A stretch of 64,000 bases of DNA from Paraspadella gotoi. Lineage: Eukaryota; Animalia; Chaetognatha. The notes below the pieces were generated by a model. The model searched no databases and had not been told where the DNA came from. It was given only the letters and a program-made list of their open reading frames with translations. Position numbers and translations under genes: made by a program. Shown here in pieces: positions 51,421-62,188 of the stretch (its first letter is position 1; each line of letters starts with the position of its first letter). The DNA lies in NCBI GenBank assembly GCA_051294375.1, contig CM119268.1, positions 6,581,232-6,645,231 of the forward strand, read 5' to 3'.

Positions 51421-52544
51421 CCGATACGAGCGTCAGATATTTTTTTTTTAATTGAGATTAAAGGATCTTTTTTTTCTTGCGTTTTTTTTTGTTAAAGTTT
51501 ATAATATTTAGAAGATTCGCATGGAAAAAAATATTCGAAACTTCTGGGCCGTTTTAACGGATGAAACCCAAGCTGGGTTGGAAAAAAAACTGGAAAATGT
51601 GAGAAGGGCTTTTGGACGGTGAGATTTTATACCGAGGTTTCGAGCGGGGAAGAGGAAGAGGAGAAGGAGGAAGAGCGATCGAGTTCCTGGGAAAAGACGA
51701 GAGAGGATTGACTCTTCCGAGTTCTCGATACACCATATTTAGGGTCGCGAAAGGATTTAATGAGATCGACTCAATTTTAGAGAGAGAGAGAGAGATTGTT
51801 CCCGAGAATACAATTGCGTCTCACCCGTGGCCACTGGCCATGGGTTGCGTTAGGGAATCGAACAGGGTCAACTAAAAAGACGATCACAATGACCGGCTAA
51901 GGACGCGGGAAAATTCCCACGGGGTCGACGGGGACCCCGGAAGACGATCATGGGACACTAATTTCTTAGTAATATCCAATCCAATATCTCAGTTAATTCC
52001 CATTATTGAGAAGATTTAAGAAAAGTTCCTCTTTATATTCTACTAAGGTCCATACTATGGACTCCATAGGCATAGATTACTCGTAGTTTTTGGACTTAAT
52101 CACACCTTACAGGGAAGTAGGTAGTAATACTAATAGCAATAACTAATAAATTTTAAAGAGTACTAACTATTTAACGGTATATTCATTATTATTCAATATA
52201 ATTTCATATAATCGTAAATCTTCAACAATCTAAACGTTTCTTATTTATTTCTCATCTATAATCTAAATGCTTCCGGTGAATTGTTCCGAATTATTAATAA
52301 TATTTTCGGCTGTCTTTTGTAAAATTGAGCCTTTTAGTTCAACAAATTCTAAAGCGTAGAGCATTAATTTTTTATTTCGATAAAATTCTAACGATGAACG
52401 GCTAATTTTTCTGACAAATTGATAACTATTGAAAACAAAACAAAAGAAACGTCCAATAAACATTGACAGTTTTTTCAATATTTACACTTCAAACCGCAAG
52501 ACTTTTTCTCAATTTCTGATTTGATTTTTTCCCCAAAAAGCCAA

Positions 52545-55500
52545 TCACTTCTTTCTTCCTCCTCTTTCCTTGGTCGAAAGGAAGACTTGGGTTCCGTTCG
52601 TCATATTGTAAAAAGCCAAGGTGTTGGAATCCTTGGTAAATATGCCTTCCACTTGCAGCTTTTGTTTTCCGATGGGCATTGAAGTCGCTTCCGTGATCTT
52701 GTTCTGCAGGATAAAAATAATACAGTACATAGAAACTTTTTTTTTTTTGTTCAATCGGATCAATTTTTTTGCAACCATTCCCGAATTATTAGTTGGTTCT
52801 GTTTTCTTTCAGAGAAAAAAAAAATCGGATCACGAAAAGGAAACAAAAATTCAAAGGTTAATTTTTAAAGAAAATTGATTGGACCAAACTCTTAACGTTC
52901 TCGTAAGTTCAAATCTGGGCATATTCCCATACCAACCCTATCCGATTCGGAACTGCCTCGGCCTACCTTAATAACGGCGAATGTGTCGGTAAGGGGCATG
53001 GTGAACGAGAGCGTCTGACCGTTAAGCTTCCACTCTGGCTTGGAATTGTCCTGTGGGACGACAACCTTGATCGTGACGGGCGCCGTGTTTTGCGAAAGGA
53101 AGATGTTCTCCGGAATGAGGTTGTCCTCAGATTTGGCCTGGGAAATATAGATGGGGCGATTGAGTTTGGAAAAAAAGGGGGAGGGAAGAATATCGTTCGT
53201 GGGGAAAAGAACGAATATTGGGCCCCAATTTTGGGTGCGGGATTATCAGATTCCGTCAATAACCCGGATTAGTAAGGATTTTAATATGTCGTGATTCCAG
53301 CCGATCTTAACCCGTTTTTGAACGACAACAAATGTTTAAAAAAAAGCCACACACCTTTTTATTTGGGGGCTCATCTTCCACAGCAACGTTCATGGGCGGC
53401 ATCATCGGGGGACGAGGCGGCATGACCATCGGCGGACGCGGCGGCATGGCCATCGGAGGCCGGGGCGGCATACCCATTGGAGCGCCCATGGGGGGACGAG
53501 AAGGCGGCGCGGCGACGGGCGGACGTGGCGCCGCGGGATTAAAAGGAGGCGCCGTTGGCGGTCGTAACGGGGGCGCCGCGGGAGTCGAGGAAGGCGGAGG
53601 AATGCCCGGCGGCGGGATCGGAGGACGCGTGACTGGGGGAGCTGACGGAGCCGAAGCGGCGGGCGCCGCCGAGGGACCGATCTTGTCCGTCCCGGTGCCC
53701 AGGATGCCTTTGATTTGCTGCAGGTGGCGCAACTGGTCCTCAACGGTGATGTTCTCCCTCGCCTTCCTCGCCGTCGCCTCCATCGACGCCGAGTGTCCGT
53801 CCCACGTGATTTTATCGTCCGATCGGAGCTGCTCTTCCTCTTCGCCGAACTTTTTACCTGGAGAGGTCACGTGAAAAAAAAAGCATAAGCAATTTTTTTG
53901 ATAAATTTAATTCTGTAATTTCTTTAAAATATTTTTTTACAAAACTTTTTAGCACCCCTAAAAACTGTTTTAGCACCATCTTCAGAGTTAATCCTAGATT
54001 TCATGCGATTAACTCCATCCTACTTGAAAATGATTCCAAATATTCGAGGGTTAATCTTCGCGATTTGGCCAAAATATTTTAAGGGTCGTCGACCATCTCC
54101 ACCGCAATTGACTATTTCTCCCCCCCCCACCACTCCCAAATCCCTACCCTCATCTCTAAACCCTGATTTCACACCATTTCATCGAATTCCAAGTCTTCTC
54201 ATGGGAAAGCAAGTCGATCCCGAAAAGTCGATCGACGAATACTCAAACGGGTTCTATTTCCGCTGGGATTTTAACTGATCGGAATTTACAACCTACTAAT
54301 CATTTGCAAGTGGTCTAACATTCACACGGACACTTTTCAGGTCCTACCCGTTCCCAAGTAAACAACCCCCTTTCATTACCGATGTCCGTCTCTTCGTCTC
54401 CGGCGCCGAAGATGTCCGTTCGCCTCGACGCCATGTTGCGCAGAGATGAATCGATGCTGCCGCCTGGCGCGAACACTTCCGTTCGCTGCAGTTTTTCTTG
54501 CAAAGCTCGATCCTTCTGCTCCAACCACTTGGGGTCCAGCAGTCCGATGCGCATATGCTCCGCCATTTTCGAGGCGGGAATCCTTGGAGGGAGAAAAGGA
54601 AAAATCAACAACTAAGTCGAATAAACTTTTTTCGCTCTCCCTTTGCCAAGTCTCCAACAACTTACTTTTCTCCAGTGAGCGGAGAAATTAACATCTGCTC
54701 TTCGGCAGTGGCTGGAGCGGCGGCAGGAGCAGCCGCTTTTGGATCGTAGTTGTGCTTGATGAGAACCTAAGATTTAGTTCACGAATTACTTTCTAACCGA
54801 CAAATTAATAAAGTACGTGAACAAAATTTCTTTAAATAATAAAGAAACAAAAGGATTATGTTTAAATTGGCCAACGCTCACTTTTTCTGGATTGATCGGC
54901 GGCGGGGCGGCGATCGGCGGCGGCGCCGGCACGGGCCGCTTGTCCACGGCAATCTCTTCCTCGTCCTCGTCTTCTTCGTCGCTGGATTCTTCCTCCATGT
55001 CCACAAGCTCCATGTTGGGTGAAGATGGTCGAATGATCGGCTCTTGACCCACTGGAGGTTTGACCGACGGCGCCGGCCGAACCTCGATCGGTTTCTTTGC
55101 TTCAACCGGAGGTTCCATCTCCTCTTCTTCCTCCAAGTCTTCGCCGATGAAAGTCACGGCGACCGGATTCGGGGCGTCGGGAGCCACTGAAAAAAGAAAA
55201 GCACAAAATATTTGCCGAATAGACGAACAGGGACATATTTCCGACCCAGAAATTCCCACGTTGCACCTACCGGCGAAACGTTCCTCCATGAGCATCCGGG
55301 CTCCCACTTCCTCCGGAGTCGTTGGTGGCGGAAAATTGCCGATTTCAGTCAGCTGAAAGTCTACCGTTTCCACGACGACGAAATCGTGCCAGTCGACTGA
55401 GGCATAGGCCACGCGCTCCTTTTCTTTTGCCTCAGCTTCCTAAAAGTAATTGTCTTAATGTCATCATAAGTACAAATCTATAAGTCACTCTACGGTCGGT

Positions 55501-56977
55501 TTTTCGGTCGGTCGGTCCGTCCCACTTACGTTAAAAATGTATATTATTTGCATATAATTGATTGCTCATTTTTTAAGACAGAAAAAAAAACCTCAAATCT
55601 AAGGGTCATGTCATAAATATACGGGCTAAGAAAGTTATTGTAGTCATGTCATGACACGAGAAATACACGTGATAAGGCAGTTACTGCGGCGCAACACATT
55701 TGAATTACTTGTTTAAAGGACAATTTCAAAAGAAAATCTGTTAAATATAAGCATTAAGCAGTGGTTTTTCGAGGTTACCTTTTGTTTCTGACGCTCTTGC
55801 TGTCGCTCCCATTCGGCGCGATAACGAACCATGCCCAGGACGCCGTCCTTGGAGTTGACCGGAGTTTCCAGCTCTTTTCGCAATTTGCTCATTAAGTCCT
55901 TGGGTGGGATCAGAATCTTGGTGTACTGCTCTACCAACTTGGTGAAGTAGTTGAACAAGCTGTAAGCGAGATAAAAATGAAACTTTGTAAGGAGTATGAA
56001 AACAATTATTTCTGAAAGATAACCATTGCCCAGCCCACGTTTGACCGACCTGTGCTGCGGGCGCAAAAAATCGAACTGAAAATTCCTCTGCTCTCGATTC
56101 ATGAGATTGGTAAGGAATTGTCGACCGTTTCGAGCCACGAATTGCGCTGTGAGCTGAAAAAGGGTAAAAAAATCAGGATTAAAGATAAAGTATAACAATG
56201 ATTCGACCTCCAATTAAAAATTGACGAGAGACAGAAATAAAAAATGTCAATATTCATTATTGAATAAACCTTAACGACATCCAGCTCGTAGGCGGAGATG
56301 GAGGGCGGATCGGCGATGAACTCAAACTCTGGCGGGGGATCCTTCAGGACGATCGGTTCCGGGGCTTTTGCCGCCGCGAGAGTCTTTGTCCCGGGAGCCT
56401 TTGGAATAAAAGAAATAATGAAGAAACAGAAACTGATAGGAAATTGAAAAAAAAAGAGAAAAATAATGATAAAAAACCTGAGGCAACATCGTGGTTCCAT
56501 GCGTGGCCCCCATCAGCGGAGCCGTACCCGGTTCTGCCGCCTTGCCCTCGCGAAATTCCACCACCTGCAATGTCCAAAAATGGAATCTTTTTTCAAGGCC
56601 AAGCTTAAAGTCACAACTGCCCAAACTCGATGAAGAATTCAACTCGCCTTATGTTTGTAATAAGCGTGATAAGGATCCGTCGGAGTGAGAAAGTTGAACT
56701 TGGCATTATTGGCCTCGTTTTGCCGAATACGGGATTCGAACTCGGGACCATTGCGAGCGACGAATGACGCAGTTTTGTCAACGATGTTTCTGGGGGAATG
56801 AAAAGAAAGTAACATCGACTGGAGGAAGGAATGTAGTTAATTGCTATTTATTTTTTCTTTCCACCTGACTTCTGGCGGAGGATAGATGATTCCAACGAGA
56901 GGCTTTCCCCCCATGGGGGCGTCCTGCTGTTGACTACCATCCCCGACCTGCGCTTTAGCTTCGGCAACAGGCGGCAT
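52545..56977 (-). CDS. SF3A1: Splicing factor 3A subunit 1 (two SURP domains, PRP21-like region, Pro-rich region, C-terminal ubiquitin-like domain), 13 exons
   Basis: ATG at 56977. Motifs VGIIYPPPEVRNIVDKTASFVARNGPEFE, PEFEFIADPPSISAYELDVVKLTAQFVARNGRQFLTNLMNREQRNFQFDFLRPQHSLFNYFTKLVEQY, AYASVDWHDFVVVETVDF, EHMRIGLLDPKW, ITWDGHSASM, KERGGRKK-TGA (52545). Confidence 0.97.
55475..55713 (+). mobile_element. Possible HINE/DINE-type non-autonomous Helentron remnant in an SF3A1 intron
   Basis: ctataagtcact followed by a (GGTC)n-like tract near the 5' end, and cttgtt at the 3' end, resemble this element class. Confidence 0.3.
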
Positions 56978-57810
56978 AGCGTTCTTAGGATATTATTTTC
57001 GCCGCTAAATAAAAATTAAAAAAACATAACAAAAGAAAATCACACAAATGACGTGAAAAATAATCGCGAAAATGTATTCTTAAAAATGGAAAATGCTGAT
57101 ATTCCAAAATGAAAGAATTTGGACAATCGAAGAAAAAACTTACGACACGATTTATTATGTGTATATCGGGGTGGCACAAGCTTATTGTAAAACGTAAAGG
57201 AGGCAATAAAATTTGCTCTCCAGTGACAACTATTCTAAATAAATGTATAACGATTCTTTTTGTCTTGTATAGGTTTAACTATTTATGTATAATAGATGAT
57301 ATGACTAACTTTGAAAAAAGAGGAAGACTAAGCCGCTCTTTAAATGCATAAATATAAGTATAACTAAAAATTAAATAATTAACTTGAAAGATGTTTTCAA
57401 TCAAACTTAAAATCTTTAATGAGGAGATCATGTAAATCATTCCAAGCGGCGAAACGTAATCTATGTACACATTTGCCTCTTTGCTTGTTTAACTGATTTT
57501 ATGTTTTTGGTAGTAACGTCAAAATGCAAGCAAACGGGCTTCACCAAATGTTACATGCAACAATTATGACAGGAATGCCGATGCGACAGAGAATGAGATA
57601 TAACTTTACAACGAGCGCTCAGAATTTGGATTATATTTTGGCACTCATTCTTGAACAGTTCGCGAAGACCAAAAAAAAAAATTCAGCCATGAGCGATCCA
57701 TGGCGAAGAGACAATCGACGAAATCAACGACAGATTTGTGGTCCCGCGAAAAAAGGTTGAAAGAAAAATCAATTTCCAGAGTCTGATCGTTGAGACGTGA
57801 AAATGAGCGG

Positions 57811-58400
57811 CTAATCGTCGTCGTCGTCGAGAATCTCTTCTTCCTCCTCTACCTCTCCGCCCTCTTCCTCCTCTTCCTCCTCCTCTTCCTCCTCGTCGCC
57901 CTCGTCTTCCTGTTCTTGCTGCTGCTGAAGCAGTTGTTGTTGTTGTTGTTGTTGTTGCTGTTGACCGCGATGTAGCGCCATCGCTTTGGTGGCGAGATCC
58001 CGCTTGTAGACTTGCATCTTTTGTTCGTACTCTCTGAGTTCCGTCGCTTGGCGCTCCATGTAAGGGCGCTTCTGTTCGTCGGAGAGACGCTGCCAAGCTT
58101 GGCCGGCCTACGAAGGCACAAAAACCATTAAGACGGGCGGTCTGTGGATAGAGTAGCAAAAGAATTATCAATAACCACAAACAATGGAGAACCTGCTTTA
58201 TCATGTCACGATGCCCAATCTCGGCCCCCTCCATCTTTTTACGGAAGTCTGCGAGAAAGTGGAAGTAGGCGGTGGAGGGTCGCTTCGGTTTGTTGGGGTC
58301 CCGTTGCGGCTTAAAGATTTCCATCTCGCGCTCGTAGCGCTTTCGATCTTCTGCGGCTCGTTCTTCGAAGGGCGACCTGGAGTGAAAGATAATTTTTAAC

Positions 58401-58439
<39 letters not shown>

Positions 58440-58709
58440 GGTCTCGCATTAATAAACAAAACTAATACGTAGTATAAAGTCAATTAGTGCGAATCAATCA
58501 AAACAGACTCGCCTGGTGTCGGTGTCCATGGCGTTCCATTTGACGGAGGCTTCCTTGGCCAAGTCCCCGATCCGCATGGACTTTCCCTGAGTCTTCAGCT
58601 CCTCGCGAAGATGAGAGAGGAAGTACAAGTAGGCGGAGGAGGCGCGCTTCGGCTTCCCCTCCTTCCGCGGCCTCTTCTGCTTCTTGCCTTCCAAGCGAGG
58701 GCGACCCAT
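57811..58709 (-). CDS. HMGB-like protein with two HMG boxes, polyQ and an acidic tail
   Basis: Exons 58709-58513, 58376-58193 and 58107-57811: KPKRASSAYLYF...ASVKWNAMDTDTRSPFEERAAEDRKRYEREM, DPNKPKRPSTAYFHFL...AGQAWQRLSDEQKRPY, then a Q-run and an E/D tail. Confidence 0.9.
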
Positions 58710-59495
58710 TTTTTTTTTATATTTCAATTAGCTTTTTTTTTTTTTACTTTTTGTCAAATCCAAGCAGAGGCTGATGGGCCGGTGTTTTGGATGCACGAGC
58801 CTGATTATTTCATAAACGCTTGGACTCCATTTCTTTCCTCTATTTTTTAAATAATCAATTCTTGTGGCAACGATCCAATAATGAACAACAGTTTATAAGA
58901 TTTTTTTCAAATCCTAGTTCTCAAAGAGAAGAAAAAAATTAAAATTGATTAAAAGGCAAAGGAAGCATCTACTTCAATAATTATTTAAAATTTAATACAC
59001 TAAATTTGGAAGATTTAAAATTCGTTTCAAATAAACGTTTAATACCAATTTAATCAGACAAAAAATCTAAATATCTGTCATTAATTGGTTTTTCTAATTT
59101 GATTAGCAATTACCCTAATTTAACCGGATTCGTTCACAAAATTATGGCGAAAAAACTAGCATCGCTGGGAAAAATGGAATATAAATGCAGCATTAACCAG
59201 CGATAATTTTTCGCCAAAAAAGATTAAATCTTGCTTATAAAGAAACCTATCACAGAAGTAGTTCGGACGACGATCGATCATGATATGCTTAGTTATAAAA
59301 AGACGGATTCGCAACGTAATCAGTGGCGAAAACCTGCAAATAAATATTTGGCGCGCGAAAAGAAAAGAAAAATCCAAAGAGACCCCAAAAACCAAACCAG
59401 AGGCCCATGAAAAAAAAAATATTGAGTCTTAAAGGGCTTTGCACGAGCACGAGTCAGTTTGGAATGTCTCGATCCGAGAAAAAGAGTCCTGGCCT

Positions 59496-60923
59496 TCATA
59501 TCTTTAGCTGTCGCCGCCGCAAATTGGAGGACCGGTGATCCTTCTCGTTCGTCGCTGCAGTTGTCATCTCTTCGCTCTCTGTCGACAAAACATGGAGGCT
59601 GTCTTTCCGCAGGCGCTCCTCCTGCTCCAAAATCCTCTCCGGAATATCCCGCCAAATGAAAAACTTCCAGATGGTCCACGCGACGAGGCAAACGAAAAAA
59701 CCCAACCAAAAATATCGAATGTGGGAGGGCGGCGGCATGGAGAGCGTCTTCTTGTCGAACTTGATGGCGATCAGGGCCTCCACGACTACGGTGGACACGA
59801 GAACCCAGCTTTGGTAACCGAACTTGGTGCACTTAGGATCGTCGAAGAACTGGAAAAACTCGCGAACTCCCACGGATCCCGTCAACAGGATGAGAGCGAG
59901 ACGAGTAGGATTGATCCAGTGTTCGGGAGGAATCCAGAGGATGAACTTGAGATAAAATGTGCACAACTCGCAGGTGAGAAAAAGCGCGATAGTTAAGAGA
60001 ACTGCGAGCCAACGGCCCAAACTCTGCGTAGGCTTCCAGTCGAACGGGACCCAATTGTAAGGCGTGAATTGCATGGCTATTCGTCCAAGCTTCCCGGAAT
60101 AGGAAGGGATGTTCCACATGCCTCGCCAATGATAAGGCTTCATTTTGAGATATTCGCACGTCATCATGCCGAGGTAGATTCCGAGCCCGTTGCATACCAA
60201 CGCATCCAATATCCAATGGTCCCACCAACACTCGGCAAAGTTGGGCAGCTGGTGTTCGAGACTGTACTCCAAGACCTCGAACAAGATAGAGATCGTATTG
60301 CAAAGCCAATAGCTACGAAGCATCAGGGTCTTCATCCACCACCCGAAAAAATGGGCGGGGATGAAAATGTCCATCTTTGACTTGAAGTTGTGCCACGGGT
60401 CGTCGGGCTCGTCAGGGTCGTAGAGCAGACAGTCTTCGGCGTAGCTTCGCTCGGGCAGAGGTTTTCCGAGATCCGCGTCGATGTAGCTCATAAAGTGTCG
60501 GGCGTCGTCTACGCTTTGAAAGAGGATGAAGATTAGGGAAAGGAGGTAGAGTATGCTGACGCAGAGGACGGCTCGCCAGAGGGCCGGGTGCGGTCGCCGG
60601 AAAGGACCGTCCGGCGCGTGCACCATGCCGATGAGGATGAAGACCAGGAGGACGGCGAGAATGGCGCGCTTGATGTTGTGCTCCGTGTCGGGTCGCGGGT
60701 CGTCCTCGAATACGGCTACGTAGACGAACACGCAACTCATGAGCAGCAACACGGTCAGAGTGTGGGCGCGCCAGAAAAAAGAGAGAGTTTCGTCGTCGTA
60801 CACGGCGCATTTGTCCTTTTCCCAGTCATGGGCGGTGACCCGTTTGAGAGGTGGCGAGCGTGGAACGGCGGCGTCCGCGGGCAATACGCCGTTGGGTCGA
60901 CCCGGGGAGGAAGAGGCGCTCAT
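59496..60923 (-). CDS. PTDSS2: Phosphatidylserine synthase 2 (base-exchange type), 475 aa, intronless CDS
   Basis: Single ORF with VYDDETLSFFWRAHTLTVL, DGPFRRPHPALWR, AHFFGWWMKTL, FEVLEYSLEHQLPNFAECWWDHWILDALVCNGLGI and QFTPYNW motifs and multiple TM segments. Confidence 0.95.
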   Translation of the reverse strand: MSASSSPGRPNGVLPADAAVPRSPPLKRVTAHDWEKDKCAVYDDETLSFFWRAHTLTVLLLMSCVFVYVAVFEDDPRPDTEHNIKRAILAVLLVFILIGMVHAPDGPFRRPHPALWRAVLCVSILYLLSLIFILFQSVDDARHFMSYIDADLGKPLPERSYAEDCLLYDPDEPDDPWHNFKSKMDIFIPAHFFGWWMKTLMLRSYWLCNTISILFEVLEYSLEHQLPNFAECWWDHWILDALVCNGLGIYLGMMTCEYLKMKPYHWRGMWNIPSYSGKLGRIAMQFTPYNWVPFDWKPTQSLGRWLAVLLTIALFLTCELCTFYLKFILWIPPEHWINPTRLALILLTGSVGVREFFQFFDDPKCTKFGYQSWVLVSTVVVEALIAIKFDKKTLSMPPPSHIRYFWLGFFVCLVAWTIWKFFIWRDIPERILEQEERLRKDSLHVLSTESEEMTTAATNEKDHRSSNLRRRQLKI

Positions 60924-61487
60924 GGCGATTTCAAGAGGGAAATATCACAAAAGAGTTTTGACTAGGCAATACGCGCGCGGGAGAGATTCGGAGGGGAATC
61001 AAATCAAAATCATTCTGGAAATAAAGGAATCTGATTAAAATACAAAACGATGCAGAACTGGCAGACAAGCATTCAAATACATAATTATCGTTTACGAAAA
61101 AGTTACTCGCGAAAAAAAAATTGTAAGGTCACACTGCGAAGAAATTTGTTTGATCCTATCTTCGAGGGAGGTGAGGCTCAGTATGTTCCTTTGTTCCTGA
61201 TCTTTCGAACCTACCCAAAACCTACCTGGCGAAACAAATCTTGTGGAATAATAAAAATGAGAAAAGTAAATAAACTAAAACGTTGGCCTCAAAATTAAAT
61301 CAAAATATAATCAAGATTTTTGAAAAAATAATTATCACAATGTTACTATTAGTATGTTCATTTGTCCAAACGAAATGCGGCCTCTCGAGTCGCCGTCTGA
61401 CGAGAGAATAAAGAATCATCCACGTTTGACCCAAATCTAAATTAGAAAAAAAAAAAAAACTAAACTAAAAAAAAAGTCTTAGTTAGA

Positions 61488-61731
61488 CGGGACAAGTAGG
61501 CGAAGCTTTTGCTTGAGACTAAAGCCAAAATGCGGGTTACTTTTACTTTCGCCGACCGGGGTTAGGGAGGGGTTAGAATTAAGAGTAATTTAGGGTTAGG
61601 AGGGTTTAAGGCTAAGGTAATTAAATAATTTTTTTTTTAAATAAATATTTTTAAATAGTTTTTCAAAAGCCGCCATATCCGGGGTCCGCGAAAGTAAAAT
61701 TTAGCCGCAAATGCTTCGCCTACTAGTCCCG
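61488..61731. mobile_element. MITE-like element with terminal inverted repeats
   Basis: Left end cgggacaagtaggcgaagcttttgc versus the reverse complement of the right end, cgggactagtaggcgaagcatttgc (23/25). A second inner inverted pair ttttactttcgc/gcgaaagtaaaa is present, plus internal ggttag repeats. No clear TSD. Confidence 0.7.
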
Positions 61732-62188
61732 ATACAAAGCTTTCGAGCAGCAGACTGCGAGTGCTCATTCGGGAACTCGTCGGTTCAATCCATTCTGAAT
61801 TTTACAATTTTTAACAATTGTGATTAAATTCCACGAATTAATACTTGCAAACGAGAGCGGGGCATAAACTCCAGTCGGTGAATGTAAAAAAAATAAGCCA
61901 CTATATCAACATTCGTGTTTAACCATGGATTTATCTCATTGTATCGTTTATTTGCTACATTTTTTGCCTCGTTTCGTTTCAGAAAAGTATTTAGTTTCAC
62001 GAAGGCTGAAAGGCTTCACACCAAAGTAACAAAGCCAAAGAAGTCCCTGATATTCCGGCTCCACCAGAATTGAAATTTAACATTTTCTCTAGCTCAAATC
62101 GAAGCATGCCCAAACGATTCATCGTCTTCTCTTTATACTAATTAACCTGGAACGTGCCTTCAAACGTTAACCCGAAACTCGATCGGCG

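Noticed and set aside
53332-53874. Gly-rich plus-strand ORF, and similar antisense ORFs over PTDSS2 and the receptor gene
   Set aside because: Shadow ORFs of GC-rich coding exons on the opposite strand.
48380-60923. Operon or trans-splicing for four co-oriented minus-strand genes
   Set aside because: Spacers are 0.8-1.1 kb, and the acceptor upstream of the SF3A1 ATG has a matching cis donor (~57140); there is no positive evidence.
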